64,000 bases of DNA. It comes from Phallusia mammillata. Its lineage: Eukaryota. The stretch lies in contig OZ281498.1 in assembly GCA_965637545.1 (NCBI GenBank), positions 11,656,001 to 11,720,000 of the forward strand, written 5' to 3'. Position numbers and translations under genes: made by a program. The notes under the pieces were generated by a model. That model saw nothing but the letters and a program-made list of their open reading frames with translations. It did not search any database and was not told where the DNA came from. Each line of letters opens with the position of its first letter. Positions within the stretch are counted from its first letter, which is position 1. Shown here piece after piece: positions 51,961 through 63,844 of the stretch.

Positions 51961-52862
51961 TTATGGTGCAACTCTTTCGCAAATCGCACGCTGTAGTCCG
52001 CTGCAAGCATGATCATCCATTTGATAATTATAATAGTGACCAATATGCCCACAGTCAATATTTCCCCCGGTTAGCCCTGCATTATTAGGCTCCTGCGGAG
52101 CGAAATCCGTATTGTGATTGTTTGACGCCACTCCGTCAATCCATTTCCAAGTTCCCTCTCTTTCTATATCGCTCAGACCTATCCAGTAATACTCGGGACC
52201 AGCTGGTTTCACAAAATTCTCGATAATGTATCTAAAAAATATTAATTTATCCAAGTGTAAAATAGTTTTGCCTTTGAACTATTTTTTACCGGGTCACAGT
52301 GGTGCAAAAATCTCTAATAGTTTGAATTTGCAATAGCAACAAAGAATTTAATATATTTAAATGTAAATTATTGGCAACAAATATCTCTGTTAGAATCTAG
52401 AGCCCAAAATCTAGCCTATACTTTATTGCCTCGCCAAAAAATCGATTTGGTGGTTTAAATATTTCAAGCTCATACCTTCGTGTTTGTGGATCTCTCATAC
52501 CACTTGTCACCAAATCACCACCAATGGATTGACAATATGTTCTGGCTTCCTGCCATGAACTAAGAGTGGTACGAACGTGGTATTGCTTCAGAATTGGTTT
52601 CCAAACAGGCCCTTGAACAAAAACAAATCGTTTAAAGTTGTTTTAGGATTTACAATCAAATTTTATTCCTACCCGAAAAATCATTAAGTCTGCTTTCAAC
52701 ATTTTTTATTCGAGCGTCGTCATTTTTCTGAAATAAAGGCAAGCAGCCCGATTTGTGAGCGGGAACCGATTTACAAACCAGCAAATTTTCCGTTTCTCCC
52801 TGACACATCGCCGAAGATGCAAGGCAACAAACAACAAACAACCAAAATTGTACGGCATTCAT
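51961..52862 (-). CDS. Lectin B: secreted collagen-less C-type lectin (signal peptide, two Cys, neck, EPN CRD)
   Basis: Exons 52862-52673, 52611-52476, 52231-51961 in frame; same intron phases and 136-nt exon 2 as lectin A; QEPNN and MDDHAC. Confidence 0.92.
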
Positions 52863-54549
52863 TTTGGCAATCTAATTTGCGTATCAGTTACTCAACTTCA
52901 GAATACTGTGTCATTAACTAAACACGAGTAAGGTATTTGTGTAAACCGGCAATGCAAGCCTTATATACAATTTTACCACGTTTAGGAGCTTTTTTTTCTC
53001 CAGCTTAAAACTATCAAACTTGACAGGCCATTAAACATTTGGTTTGTGACTTTAAAATGTCAAAATTAAACTACAGGATGATGAGTTTTTAGTGAAATTA
53101 AATGCACCATTAATTTACGATCGTTCAACTATCACGTTTATCACGAAACCAATTACGACTAAACCGTTTGGTTTATATCCACTTTCACTGTCATGATTGA
53201 TTAATTACAAGCCGTAAGACACATTACTCTTAGATTACGACTATAAGCAGCAAGTACATACAGGTAGATACGTTAAAGTGTTTCCAGAAAACTTTCTGAA
53301 CATTGACAGCAACAAATTTAAAGTTGGTTTTCAGCTTTAAACTTTCGGTGGTACAGGGTTTACGGCTGTAATTAAACAAATAAACGATGTAGCCCAGATT
53401 TAATGTCTCAGAGCACAACCACTGTAAAATTTTTGTTTGATAACTTTAAAATAGCCTTGTTGAGTAAAGGCTTGGGGCCTTCGTTTCAAGTATTTTAAAT
53501 TATTTGAATTATTTGATTATTGACTTAAAAGGGAAAACTTTATTTGATTATTTGAATATTTAAAAACCTTTATTTGATAACAGCCCTAAGAGGGATATTA
53601 GCAAAAGCTTTTACATTTGGCTTCAAAGTCGTTCATAAACTAAAATCACAAAATTACACCTTCAGTATTCAGTATTCTGATTTCAAGCAACATGCTGAAG
53701 TATGCCAATTTTCGCAATTAGTTGAATAATCATTTCTACATGGATTTCTGAACATAACATTTAACGTTATCAATTATCAAAATTCTTTGCAGCTACGCAC
53801 TTTTCGCATTTTCCTGACACGATTATCCAAAAACGGACTAATTACAAATTAATAGTTTAGTAAGCTGCCTGCGACCTATGTGTTGGTTTTTATCTCTGTT
53901 TTACTTCCTTGCAGTGAAGAAAGAAAAACCTTCACAACGATTTCAGTTTGTTGCGTTATTTTAAATGCACTTTCTCAGCATGTAGTACACCAAAAAATAA
54001 ATGAATACAATTATGAAAATGTGTTTTGGTTTATCTGTCACATTTCCATCATGAAGTTTTTAGTCGTAATAAATTATTGCAATGTTAAATGTGGCACTTG
54101 CAAACTAACGGCTTTTCCCAAAGGGCACCGACAACTTACTAAACTAGGCATCCCAGGGCTACTACTGGGCTATGTTACTTGTGAAACAGTTATGATGCAC
54201 TTACATTTGTTGTTCATTCATTGAAGGCAAAACAGTAACAAAATCGCATTACACATAAGTAATTAACGGGCGCGGTAAGCAAAACAATATCCACGCTTTC
54301 CTGACACATGATATTCTGATAAAGGTACAAACCTTTACACAACATGTAGTTTAATAGTTTATCCCCGGGTATTGTGGACGCCTAAAAGTAAATTAAGAGG
54401 GGGGTAACATCTTACTAATCTATTAACAAACATTTTTTCAATACAATTTAGTTAGAGGACAAGAATATACAATATGTAGCACATTTTCAAAAAAAGGTGC
54501 ACTGGTCAAAGTTAATTTTTCCAAAGGAGTGCAATATATAGTTGTACAC

Positions 54550-55032
54550 CAGTGGTTCCCAACCTGGGGTTCGCGGAGCTCCGAAGGGGTCCGTAAGATG
54601 GTTTCAGGGGGTCCGTGGAGGCAAACATTTATAATACCAGAAACCAACAGTAAAATATTTGTAAGTTTTCGGAGCGTTTTTACAATCCTGCATACCCGTG
54701 CAAACTGTTAATCAAAATTTCGGGCCAGGAAAAATTACGTTTTCGTGATTGTTAGCTCCATTGTGACATCACAGCACACATGAACAATGGAAATTATAGT
54801 GCTTTGTTTCAATCTTGTACACAAGAAAATGTATCTCTTTGTTGCTACAGTACAGAACTTCATTGAGATTTAAGGCTTATTGTAAAGGTTGATTAAAATG
54901 CTACCAAAAAGTATAATAACGTTTAATGCATAAAACGAAAAACATAGAGAGACGTACGGAAAATTGGGGGGTCCGCAGACATATAAAATTTATAAAAGGG
55001 GTCCGTGACTACAAAAAGGTTGGGAACCACTG
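54550..55032. mobile_element. hAT MITE related to 47476-47899
   Basis: Same TIRs; TSD TTGTACAC / CTGTACAC (7 of 8 match); the paralogous flank near 60490 lacks the insert. Confidence 0.85.
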
Positions 55033-56373
55033 CTGTACACGATGGCGTCTAAATTTAGCTGGGTTGGGCACACTTGATTTAGTGAACTAAATTTGCCCAA
55101 CTGCGCCATCTGAGGAACTTTCATATGACTATTTTGTCCGTTATAGTATAACAATCTCAAACAAAGATATTGACAATTTAATTGAACACTTTCGTTCTAA
55201 GAAAAACGTCTTTTTGCGTGTATTAAACGTGTATTAAGGTATTACTTTCTCTCTCTATCATTCCCTCGGAAGGTTTCGATGAGAAAAAATACTTTTAATT
55301 AGTGTCTTTAACAAAATACTTTGCAAAAAAGATTTTCGCAGCTGTGTCCTGTGCTTTACCATAGCCACCTTTCCTTAGTGTGTTGCTATGTTTGTTGCTT
55401 CAAGATGTACGTGAACAAAATACAATACAATAGAATCATCACAACATAGCACATAAGATATTGTATTTGACTGTGGTGCAAGTACAGTTAGTAAAAACAT
55501 TTGTCTGAGAAAATGATAGAAAGCAACTAAGTGATATTAGTACAAGGTGACTCCTCGCCTACAGTAGGGTCAAGATTACAGTATATAAGTGTTTTTTTGT
55601 TAGGCAAGTGCAGGTTTTTTTTAAGGTTTGGTTTGGGTGACCGCTAAGTAGTTTTAAGAGACCGCAAGTGTTTCATTTAAATACCAAAAAATAGCCATAT
55701 TTAATTTTGGGTAACCGCTGGAGAAATTTGGGGGACCGTTTCGGTCCCCCAAAACACCTTAAAAAACACTGGGCAAGAGCAAAGAGTTTGTGTCGCCTTT
55801 CAAAATCCGCAATTTTGAAATGATGTTTGGTTTATTTTTTCGTTTGTTTGAATTAGAACTAAAAATTGCTTTGCAAAAAAGGTTTTCACAGTTGTGTCCA
55901 ATGTTTTTACTTTAGCTACATTGAATCAATGTGCTATGTTTAACGCGTTAAGTTAAGGTAAGCGTGAATAAAATACAATACAATTAATGGCGTAGACAGC
56001 GGAAAACTTTGGAAGAGGCAAAAAACTTTTAGTGCATGTGAAACTGACCGCTCTTAATCTGCCAGACAACTCTGATGTGTAACGAAATACGAAAACCATA
56101 ATGTGTAACGAATCTCCAGTAAGGTTGGTTTGACAAGGTAAGCATCATTTTTTTATTCTAAGTTACATTACATTTGCCGTAAAATGAAATGATGCATATT
56201 ATGTGTGAAGAATCCATTTTGCCGATGTCCTTGCAACGTTTTGGTTGTCTGTAAATGTTGACCCTGGCCCAACACTCTGGACAGCTCCACTTCTGGCACG
56301 CCAGTAATTGGCTTTTTCTAAGTGTGTGTTTCCTTCGCAGAAAAACGTGTTTGATCGTGTTCGTGATCGAAAC

Positions 56374-56750
56374 TAGAGATGCACTGAATCAGCTAATTTT
56401 CGGTTTGGCTGAAACCAGATCGTTTATGACGTCACGCAAAGTCGTACGCTACGCGTTTGATATGAAAAACATAAGTTGTTCTACCAAGAAAACAGTGCAA
56501 AACACTTGTGTTTCGTCATCGCCTCAGTTCTGTGGGGTTTAACATTGCCTCAGGCACGATTGTAAGCCCGCCAATGAATTGTTGTCTGGAGTGCGAATAC
56601 TGGACGCGATTTTAGTTGTAGCGTATAGTTTAAAAATGTGTGGTACTATATAGGGCTGAAAAGACACGTTTTTCGCTTTAAATTTGTGTTCGTAACAGAT
56701 TCGGTTTCCGCCGAATCGCAACAAATTATTCGGCCGAAACTGAATCTTTG
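56374..56750. mobile_element. Partial TAG-ended hAT-like element related to 59024-59692
   Basis: Starts TAGAGATGCAC; internal blocks are shared with 59024-59692; right end not found. Confidence 0.6.
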
Positions 56751-56835
56751 TAAAACTGGCAACATCCACGCGTTTTCAGAAATTAGATCATTTCTACATC
56801 TATATCTCATTAGATTCAGCCATATAGGCTACAAT

Positions 56836-56910
56836 CAGGGGTCGCCAAACCACGGCCCGTGGGCCGGATCCGGCCCTCGAGGTCATTTCATCTGGCCCGC
56901 GAAAAAAAAA
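56836..56910. mobile_element. hAT MITE left-end fragment related to 47972-48194
   Basis: CAGGGGTCGCCAAACCACGGCCCG...GGCCCGCG; no right TIR seen. Confidence 0.55.
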
Positions 56911-57855
56911 GTTAGGCCGCTACAAGTCTCGTAATGCCGATAGATGGTACAAAAGGGCAGTAACGTCTGTAAAAAAATTGTGAAAATACGGACGATTAGG
57001 ATTATTTGAGTTGGAATGAGGTTTGTAATGAAGTGACGTTGTAACTTGTAACTGACGTGAAACTTACTTCCTCACATTAAACGAAACTTACTTCCTCACA
57101 TTAAACGTATTCCCCATAACCATGTGCTACTGTTACATAATTATTACGTCACATGTGCTCTGTGGCGCCCCCAGTGTGCTTTCTGTAAGTAGCGATACTC
57201 GACGTGGCAAGGAATGCACGTGGTAGTCGTGATTTAGTCGTTGTGCAAGACAGATGTGATTTTCCTGTCTGGATTTTATATGCCGGTTTTTATATTGCCA
57301 ATAAAGATTGCAACAATTGTTAACTGCAGATCCATACCGAACAGAAAAAGGCGCGTTACGCTACTTCATCAGATTTTTTAACAATCGACATATATCAATC
57401 GTTTTCGGATGCAAGTTGTAATGTTGGTAGTAGTTCTTCTACCATTACATACAAAAAAATCGTTTTATACATTTTATCATTTGAAGTTTAACTATGTTCA
57501 TTTACTGTAGTGGTAAACACTTAGCGCAGTTTGGAAACCGCATGTTGTCTTTAGTGTCTATAGTGCATTTCTGCAATAGTTTTTCTGGACAAAATTGCTA
57601 TTTAAAAAATGCAATTTTAAAATGTCCGGTTTATGTTATTGTTTATTTGAAAGTTGGCAGATGTGCGAAATTTACTCGTTCTGTGAAATTGTGAATGATA
57701 AATACAAATGAAAGTTCTACATTTAATCGACTTAGAAATAAACTGGGTACATTTAATATCATGATACAGATATAAATGAAATCAAAATGATACAATTTAA
57801 GATGGTAAATACAGCAGGTATACAACGTGGTACAATGCCTTTTAAAAACTTGTGA

Positions 57856-58717
57856 TTATGGTGCAACTCTTTCGCAAATCGCACGCTGTGGTCGACTGCA
57901 AGCATGGTCATCCATTTTATAATTATAATAGTGACCAATATGCCCACAGTCAACATTTCCCCCGGTTAGCCCTGCATTATTGGGTTCACCTGAAGCGAAA
58001 TCCGTATTCTGACTGTTCGACGCCACTCCGTCATTCCATTTCCAAGTTCCCTCTCTTTCTATATCGCTCAGACCTATCCAATAATATTCGGCACCAGCTG
58101 GTTTCACAAAATTGTCTATAATGTATCTGAAAAACCATAATATTCATTTATTCTTTACGTAAAATCAATTTTACCTTTGAACGTTTTAGAGGTTAATGGT
58201 GCAAAATGGTGACTCTTAGTTTCAAATTTGCAACAGCAAATTCCAAGGATACATTAATATATTTGTAAATTATTGGCAGCAATATCTCTGTTGGAACCGA
58301 AACTATGCTTTTATTGTTTAGCCAAATATTTCAAGCTCATACTTGCGTGTTTGTGGATCTCTCATTCCACTTGTCACCAAATCACCACCAATGGATTGAC
58401 AATATGTTCTGGCTTCATGCCATGAGCTCAAAGTGGTACGGACGTGGTATTGCTTCAGAATTGGTTTCCAAACAGGCCCTTAAAAAACAAAAACAAATCG
58501 TTTAGAGTTGTTTTGCGATTTGCAATCCAACTTTATTTGTACCCGATAAATCATCAAGTCTGTTTTCAACAGTTTTTATTCGAGTGTCATTCGGCAAGCA
58601 GCCCGATCTGTCAGCCGGGACAGATTTACAAACCAGCAGATTTTCCTTTTCTCCTTGACATATCACCGAAGATGCCAGGCAACATACAATACACAACCAA
58701 AACTGTACGGCATTCAT
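57856..58717 (-). CDS. Lectin C: collagen-less C-type lectin, close paralog of B
   Basis: Exons 58717-58543, 58478-58343, 58126-57856 in frame; MNAVQFWLCIVCCLASSVICQGEKENLLVCKSVP; GEPNN and MDDHAC. Confidence 0.92.
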
Positions 58718-59023
58718 TTTGGTAATCGAATTTGAGTTCCAGTTACTCAACTTTAGAATACTGTGTCAATACCTAAACAAAAGTTAGTTGTGTAAACCGG
58801 TAACCCAAGCCTTATATACAATTTTACCACGTTTAGGAGTTTTTTTTCTCCAGCTCGAAACTACCAACTTTGGAAACGCAGTTCAAAAATTCGACTTGAA
58901 AGTGACGAAATAACGATACAGGTTGATGTGTTTTCGGTTAAAGGAAATGCACCATTAAGTTTCGATCGTTGAACTGTCACGTTTGTCACGAAAACAATTA
59001 CAGCGAAACCGCTTGGTTTATAT

Positions 59024-59692
59024 TAGAACCGAGTCGGCTAACTTTCGATTTGGCCGAAACCGAAAATTCGGCAGTTTTACCGAAAAAATCCTGCCGAATC
59101 AACCAGATCATTTATGACGTCACGCGAAGTCGTATATGCTAAGCGTTTGATACGAAAAGATAAGTTTTTCTACGAAGAAAACAGTTTAAATACTAGTTTT
59201 TCGTCATAATTTCAGTCCTGCGGGGTTTAACATTGCCTCAGGCTTGATCGCCGGCCTGCAAATGAATTACTGATTTGTTGTGTGCAGTGCGAAAAACAAT
59301 AGGCTAATACAGTGGTCGGCAACCGCCGGCCCGCGGTCCGGTACCGGTCCGCGAGGAGTTCGTTACCGGGCCGTATAAATTTTAATGTTAAACGTTTTGC
59401 CCATGTATCCCGGGCCGACCCCTGGGCTAATAGATAAAAAATATAAAATACTTAACTCGATTTTTGTTATGGCGTAGTTTGATAGATTGTGTGGTAACTT
59501 TTTGTTATGGCGTAGTTTGATAGATTGTGTGGTAAAAGGCTGAAAAGACACGGTTTACGTTTTCAATTTGTGTTCGGAAAAGATTCGGTTTCGCCCGAAT
59601 CGCAACAAATTATTCGGCCGAAACGAAATCTTGGTTAAATTGTCCGATCCGGAAGAATAAATTCGGCAAACCGAATATTCGGTACATCTCTA
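59024..59692. mobile_element. TAG-ended hAT-like element upstream of lectin C, containing a nested MITE and a 38-bp tandem duplication
   Basis: TSD GTTTATAT at 59016-59023 and 59693-59700; right end TTCGGTACATCTCTA; the homologous position upstream of lectin B (~53171) has a single GTTTATAT. Confidence 0.85.
59310..59424. mobile_element. Internally deleted copy of hAT MITE family 1, nested
   Basis: Left end CAGTGGTCGGCAACCGCCGG as at 44778; right end GCCGACCCCTG; TSD GGCTAATA at 59302-59309 and 59425-59432. Confidence 0.88.
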
Positions 59693-62029
59693 GTTTATAT
59701 CCACATTCATTGTCACGATTGATTAATTACAAACCGCCATTATTTACAAAACCGCACAACTGTTTCACCTGATGCAATTACGTTTAATGTCAACTATTTG
59801 GAATAAAATATTCATATTGACATAGGTATTTTTTGAACACATAACTCATAGAAAATGACTGTTAGCAGCAAATTGTGTTTTCAGAAAACTTTCTGAACAA
59901 TGAGAGCAACAACTTTAAAGTTGATTCGCAGGTTTAAACGTTTGTTTACAGAGGGATTATGGCTGTTATCAAACAAATAATTATTTGGAACTTTATCGAA
60001 TAACTTTTTTCCTATTCAGTATACCTCGATGTTGGTGCAAAATCAATTTAATTAAACACATTGGTGTGTTTCAGTGACATGAGATCCTTAAAAGCAACAA
60101 ATCGCATTGCCGTTTAACAGGCGACACTATTTATTGCTGTAGGCAAAACACATTCCACGATTTTCTGGCACATGATATTCTGATAAACGTACTAAATTTA
60201 AAATGCTGTACGCACTCGGTATGCTTTCACTGTATTTATATTGGTAAATAACTTACCTAGCACACAACAACTTGCAGTTTAATTGTTTATTCCCGGATCC
60301 ACTATTGTGTACGCTTTAAAGTAAATTAACAGAGGATAACATCGGTGGGACTCACTAATCCATGAACAAACCCTTTCCCAATACAATTAAGTGACAAGAC
60401 AAGAATATACAATATGATACACATTTTCTGTAGCATTTTCACAAAAGGTGCACTGGTCAGAGTCAGTTTTTCCGAAGGAGTGCAATATTTAGTTGCTCAC
60501 GATGGCGTTTAGATTTTGAGTTTTATGTTTTGTGCTATGTTTGTTGCTTCAAGGTACACGTGAACAAAATATAAAACAATATAATCATCATAACACATCA
60601 GATATTGTAGTTCATTTCGTGCCAGTACAAATACCAATCAAGGATAATGTGCTTTCGGTTCAAGGATAGGCGCAATTAAGTTTCGATAATGAGCTTCAAC
60701 TTGATAACAGTTTTACTTTTCCTAAAGGTTCGTATTCCGTGAGTCTGAATTTTGCATGTACTTTTTTTGCCTGAAGGGATAAGAATCAAATAGATTTTGA
60801 AGTGACCTCAAGCCGTTGCCAAGACAACTAATCTGATACTAATTCCTGTAACAGTATATGTGCTCATGCCAAGTCGGTTGCGTAAGTGAAATAAATATAG
60901 TTCTATTGCACGTAAATTGGATTGCCAGAAACTTTTTTGACGAATAAATTTTAGTGAGATATCTAGAAAGTGTTGGTAACGCCTAAAAGGTATGTACCGT
61001 TTTTTAAAAAACAAGCTTAAACAACAAGCTTAATATCTAAAACGGCTTTGAAAATTATGTGAAAATTTCTATCAGGTATGTACACACGTAAATTAAATAA
61101 AATGGCCCCAGATAACGATTATTTTAACGTTGGTTTCCTTTTTTGAATATCATACAACGCTGAGGCAATATCCTAAAGCGAAAATAATTGCACAATAATA
61201 AAACGATGATGTGTGGAGCAGAATTTATAATTCCAAATTACTGATGAAACTTAAAATCTTCGTGCAGCATCCGGTATGTGGTTTGAAAGTGATGTGACGA
61301 TATAGGACGTAGTGTTTTCGGTTAAAGCGTCATTAGGTTTCAATCATTGAACTTTCACGTTTGTTACGTAATCATTGATAATGAAATCTTTTGATTTATA
61401 TCCACTTTCACTGCCATGATTGATAAAATACAAACCGTAAATATTTCCCCCCATATTTAACCAGTTACAGCAGTAATGTTTATGTCAACCAGTGGATACA
61501 ATATCCATAATTATAGGTATTCGTTTGAACAGACATTTACACTTTTGAACAACTTGCGCGCAAGCCAATAACTGTGAGCAGCAAGACAGTTGATTCGCAG
61601 CTTTAAACTTTCGTTGACTGAGGATATTAGGAAAAGCTTTTACATTTGGGTTTGGAGTTGATCATAAACTAAAGTCACAAATTGCACATTAGATCAGCAT
61701 TAAACTCACTGGCAATGTTTTATAAATTTTCTCAGACAGTTAAATAATCACTTCTGTTACACATTTTTATTTTCTGTAACACATTACACATTTCGGTTAC
61801 ACATTTTTGAATCATTTTCCTGTCACGATTATCCAAAAGCGGACTAATTACAAAGTAAATGGTTTAGTTGCCTGTCTGCGACCTATGTGAGTTTTTGTTG
61901 CTGTTTCACTTGCTTGCTGAGAAGAAGGAAATACTCAAGTCATAACGATTTCAGTTCGAAGAGTTATATTACATGCACTTTCTCAGTATGCAATAAATCA
62001 TGAATTCAACTTTAAATAGAGGATTAAAC

Positions 62030-63844
62030 CTAAGCTGGCCATTTTCGTTCACACAAAGCGAAAAATTGTGCGGAACAAGACAGATCATCCATTTTGTACT
62101 TGTAAAGATTTCCAACGTAGGCACAATCAACATTGGATCCTCCACCAATGTTGTTTGGTTCACCACGTGAAAAATCTGTATTCTCATCGGTTTTGGCAAT
62201 TCCGTCCACCCATTTCCAGCTTTCCTCTTGTTCAATGTCGCTTAATCCAATCCAGTAGCTGTGCGTTCCCACAGGTCGTATAAGGAGATCGATGATTTTC
62301 CTGTAACAATATAGCATTTTAGTGCCGAAAATGATTATTTGGGCGTAAACATTTGTTACAAGTGAAACATGTGAAAGACCAGATTCCACTTACTGTCGAA
62401 TAACTTGATCTCTCATTCCTTCGGTAACCAAATCTCCTCCAATCGATTGACAATAAGTTCTTGCCTCCTGCCAGGTGCTCCCGACATCTCGCAAGTGGTA
62501 CTGCTTCAAAATCGGTTTTCACAAATGATCTACGAACATATATGTCACTACCACCCGTTCTGAGCAACTGACATTTCAAGCTACCATTTAAGGCAACTTT
62601 AGCCGATATTTTGACATCTTTACTACAAAATAAAAAACTTAAACTTACCGCATATAGTTTGAATACTGTTTGATGTTGCTGCATCTGGACTTCCAGGTGC
62701 TCCAGGAGGACCTTGACGTCCATCTAATCCAGCAACACCGGGAGGACCCCTTTTACCTGGTGGACCTCTTATTGGCAAACTTGAATTTTATTACTACTTC
62801 AGACGACAGTCCGAAGACTGAAAACAGTCCTTTGTCGTGTCACCATACGAGAAATAAACGTATTTTCAGATAAAGGGTAGTCGATAATAATAGTAAACAA
62901 AAGAGGAAAAGCGAACGAAAGAGGTTAAATGTCAATAGATCGGCAGCAGAAATCAAAATCTATTGCACGCATGCAGATATTTGTGAACGGCATGGAATAA
63001 TGACAGTGTGTGAGCGTCTGTTAAATCAGGATGACCAAATAGCATGAAACGAATAATTGCACCAGGAGAAAGACTGGAAAGAAATGATGCGTTGAACTTA
63101 GCGTTTTCTGTCAGAATATTCGAAACAGTAGAGAACAAAATTGTGCGAGGACGAACCAATAGTGGACAGTTAAGAAACAAATGTTGCGTGGTTTCTACGG
63201 CCTGACATGCACAAGGGCGAAAGTGCCTGGGATTGATATAGAACTTTGTGAAATTGAACGAGAGAGTGAACGTTGCGACGAACACGGAGGGTTGTCAAAC
63301 CAAGGTCCTGTAATATTTTATCATATGAGGTGGTCCTCATACACCCTAAAATTAGTTTAGCCGATTGGTGTTGCACATTTTCTAGTACTTCACAGTCAGA
63401 GAGGTTACAGTTATCGAATAAAATATCGCCATATTCAAGTGTAGGAAGAACGCAGGACCTATAAAGGGTAAGGATGATATGCCGGGAGACTGTGTTAGAT
63501 ATTTTGCGCAATCGGTTAACTTGGATTTGTGCTTTGTGGCATATGTAGCGAATGTGGTCGTGCCAAGAAAGTGTTGGTGTAAATATAAGGCCGAGATATG
63601 TGTGTGCACGGGTTTCAGGCAAAGCTACACCTTTGAAAAAAAATTGAGGAAGATTGAAACTTTTACAAAGCGATAGTACTTTAGATTTGGAGGAAACGAA
63701 ACTTGAATTTGCAGGTGAAGATTTCCAAAACGATCGTGCAGACTTACATACAAGCAACTCGTCTGTTTGGCAAGAGTTTGAAGCAACCTGACAGACGAAC
63801 ACAAGCAACACAAACCACATAAGTTTACTTGTTTGTTTCAGCAT
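62030..63844 (-). pseudogene. Lectin D: collectin pseudogene (LINE insertion in exon 1, TGA in exon 2)
   Basis: Exon 1 is split into 63844-63699 and 62776-62649 (GPPGKRGPPGVAGLDGRQGPPGAPGSP); exon 2 62529-62394 has TGA at 62521-62519 where paralogs have Trp (VWKP); exon 3 62300-62030 is intact (GEPNN, MDDLSC). Confidence 0.9.
62789..63698 (-). mobile_element. 5'-truncated non-LTR retrotransposon (CR1/L2/Crack-like ORF2 C-terminus)
   Basis: HTYLGLIF..LSWHDHI, LYRSCVLPTLEYG, LENVQ, LRVRR, then in another frame CACQAVETTQHLFLNCP...MLFG...CNRF; 12-bp TSD (plus strand AAACTTGAATTT) at 62777-62788 and 63699-63710. Confidence 0.92.

Noticed and set aside
57060-57107. 24-bp tandem duplication AAACTTACTTCCTCACATTAAACG
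   Set aside because: Real, but an ordinary slippage duplicate with no sign of function.
62789-63698. Autonomous, active LINE
   Set aside because: Only the C-terminal part of ORF2 is present; the endonuclease and RT catalytic core are missing and there is a frameshift.
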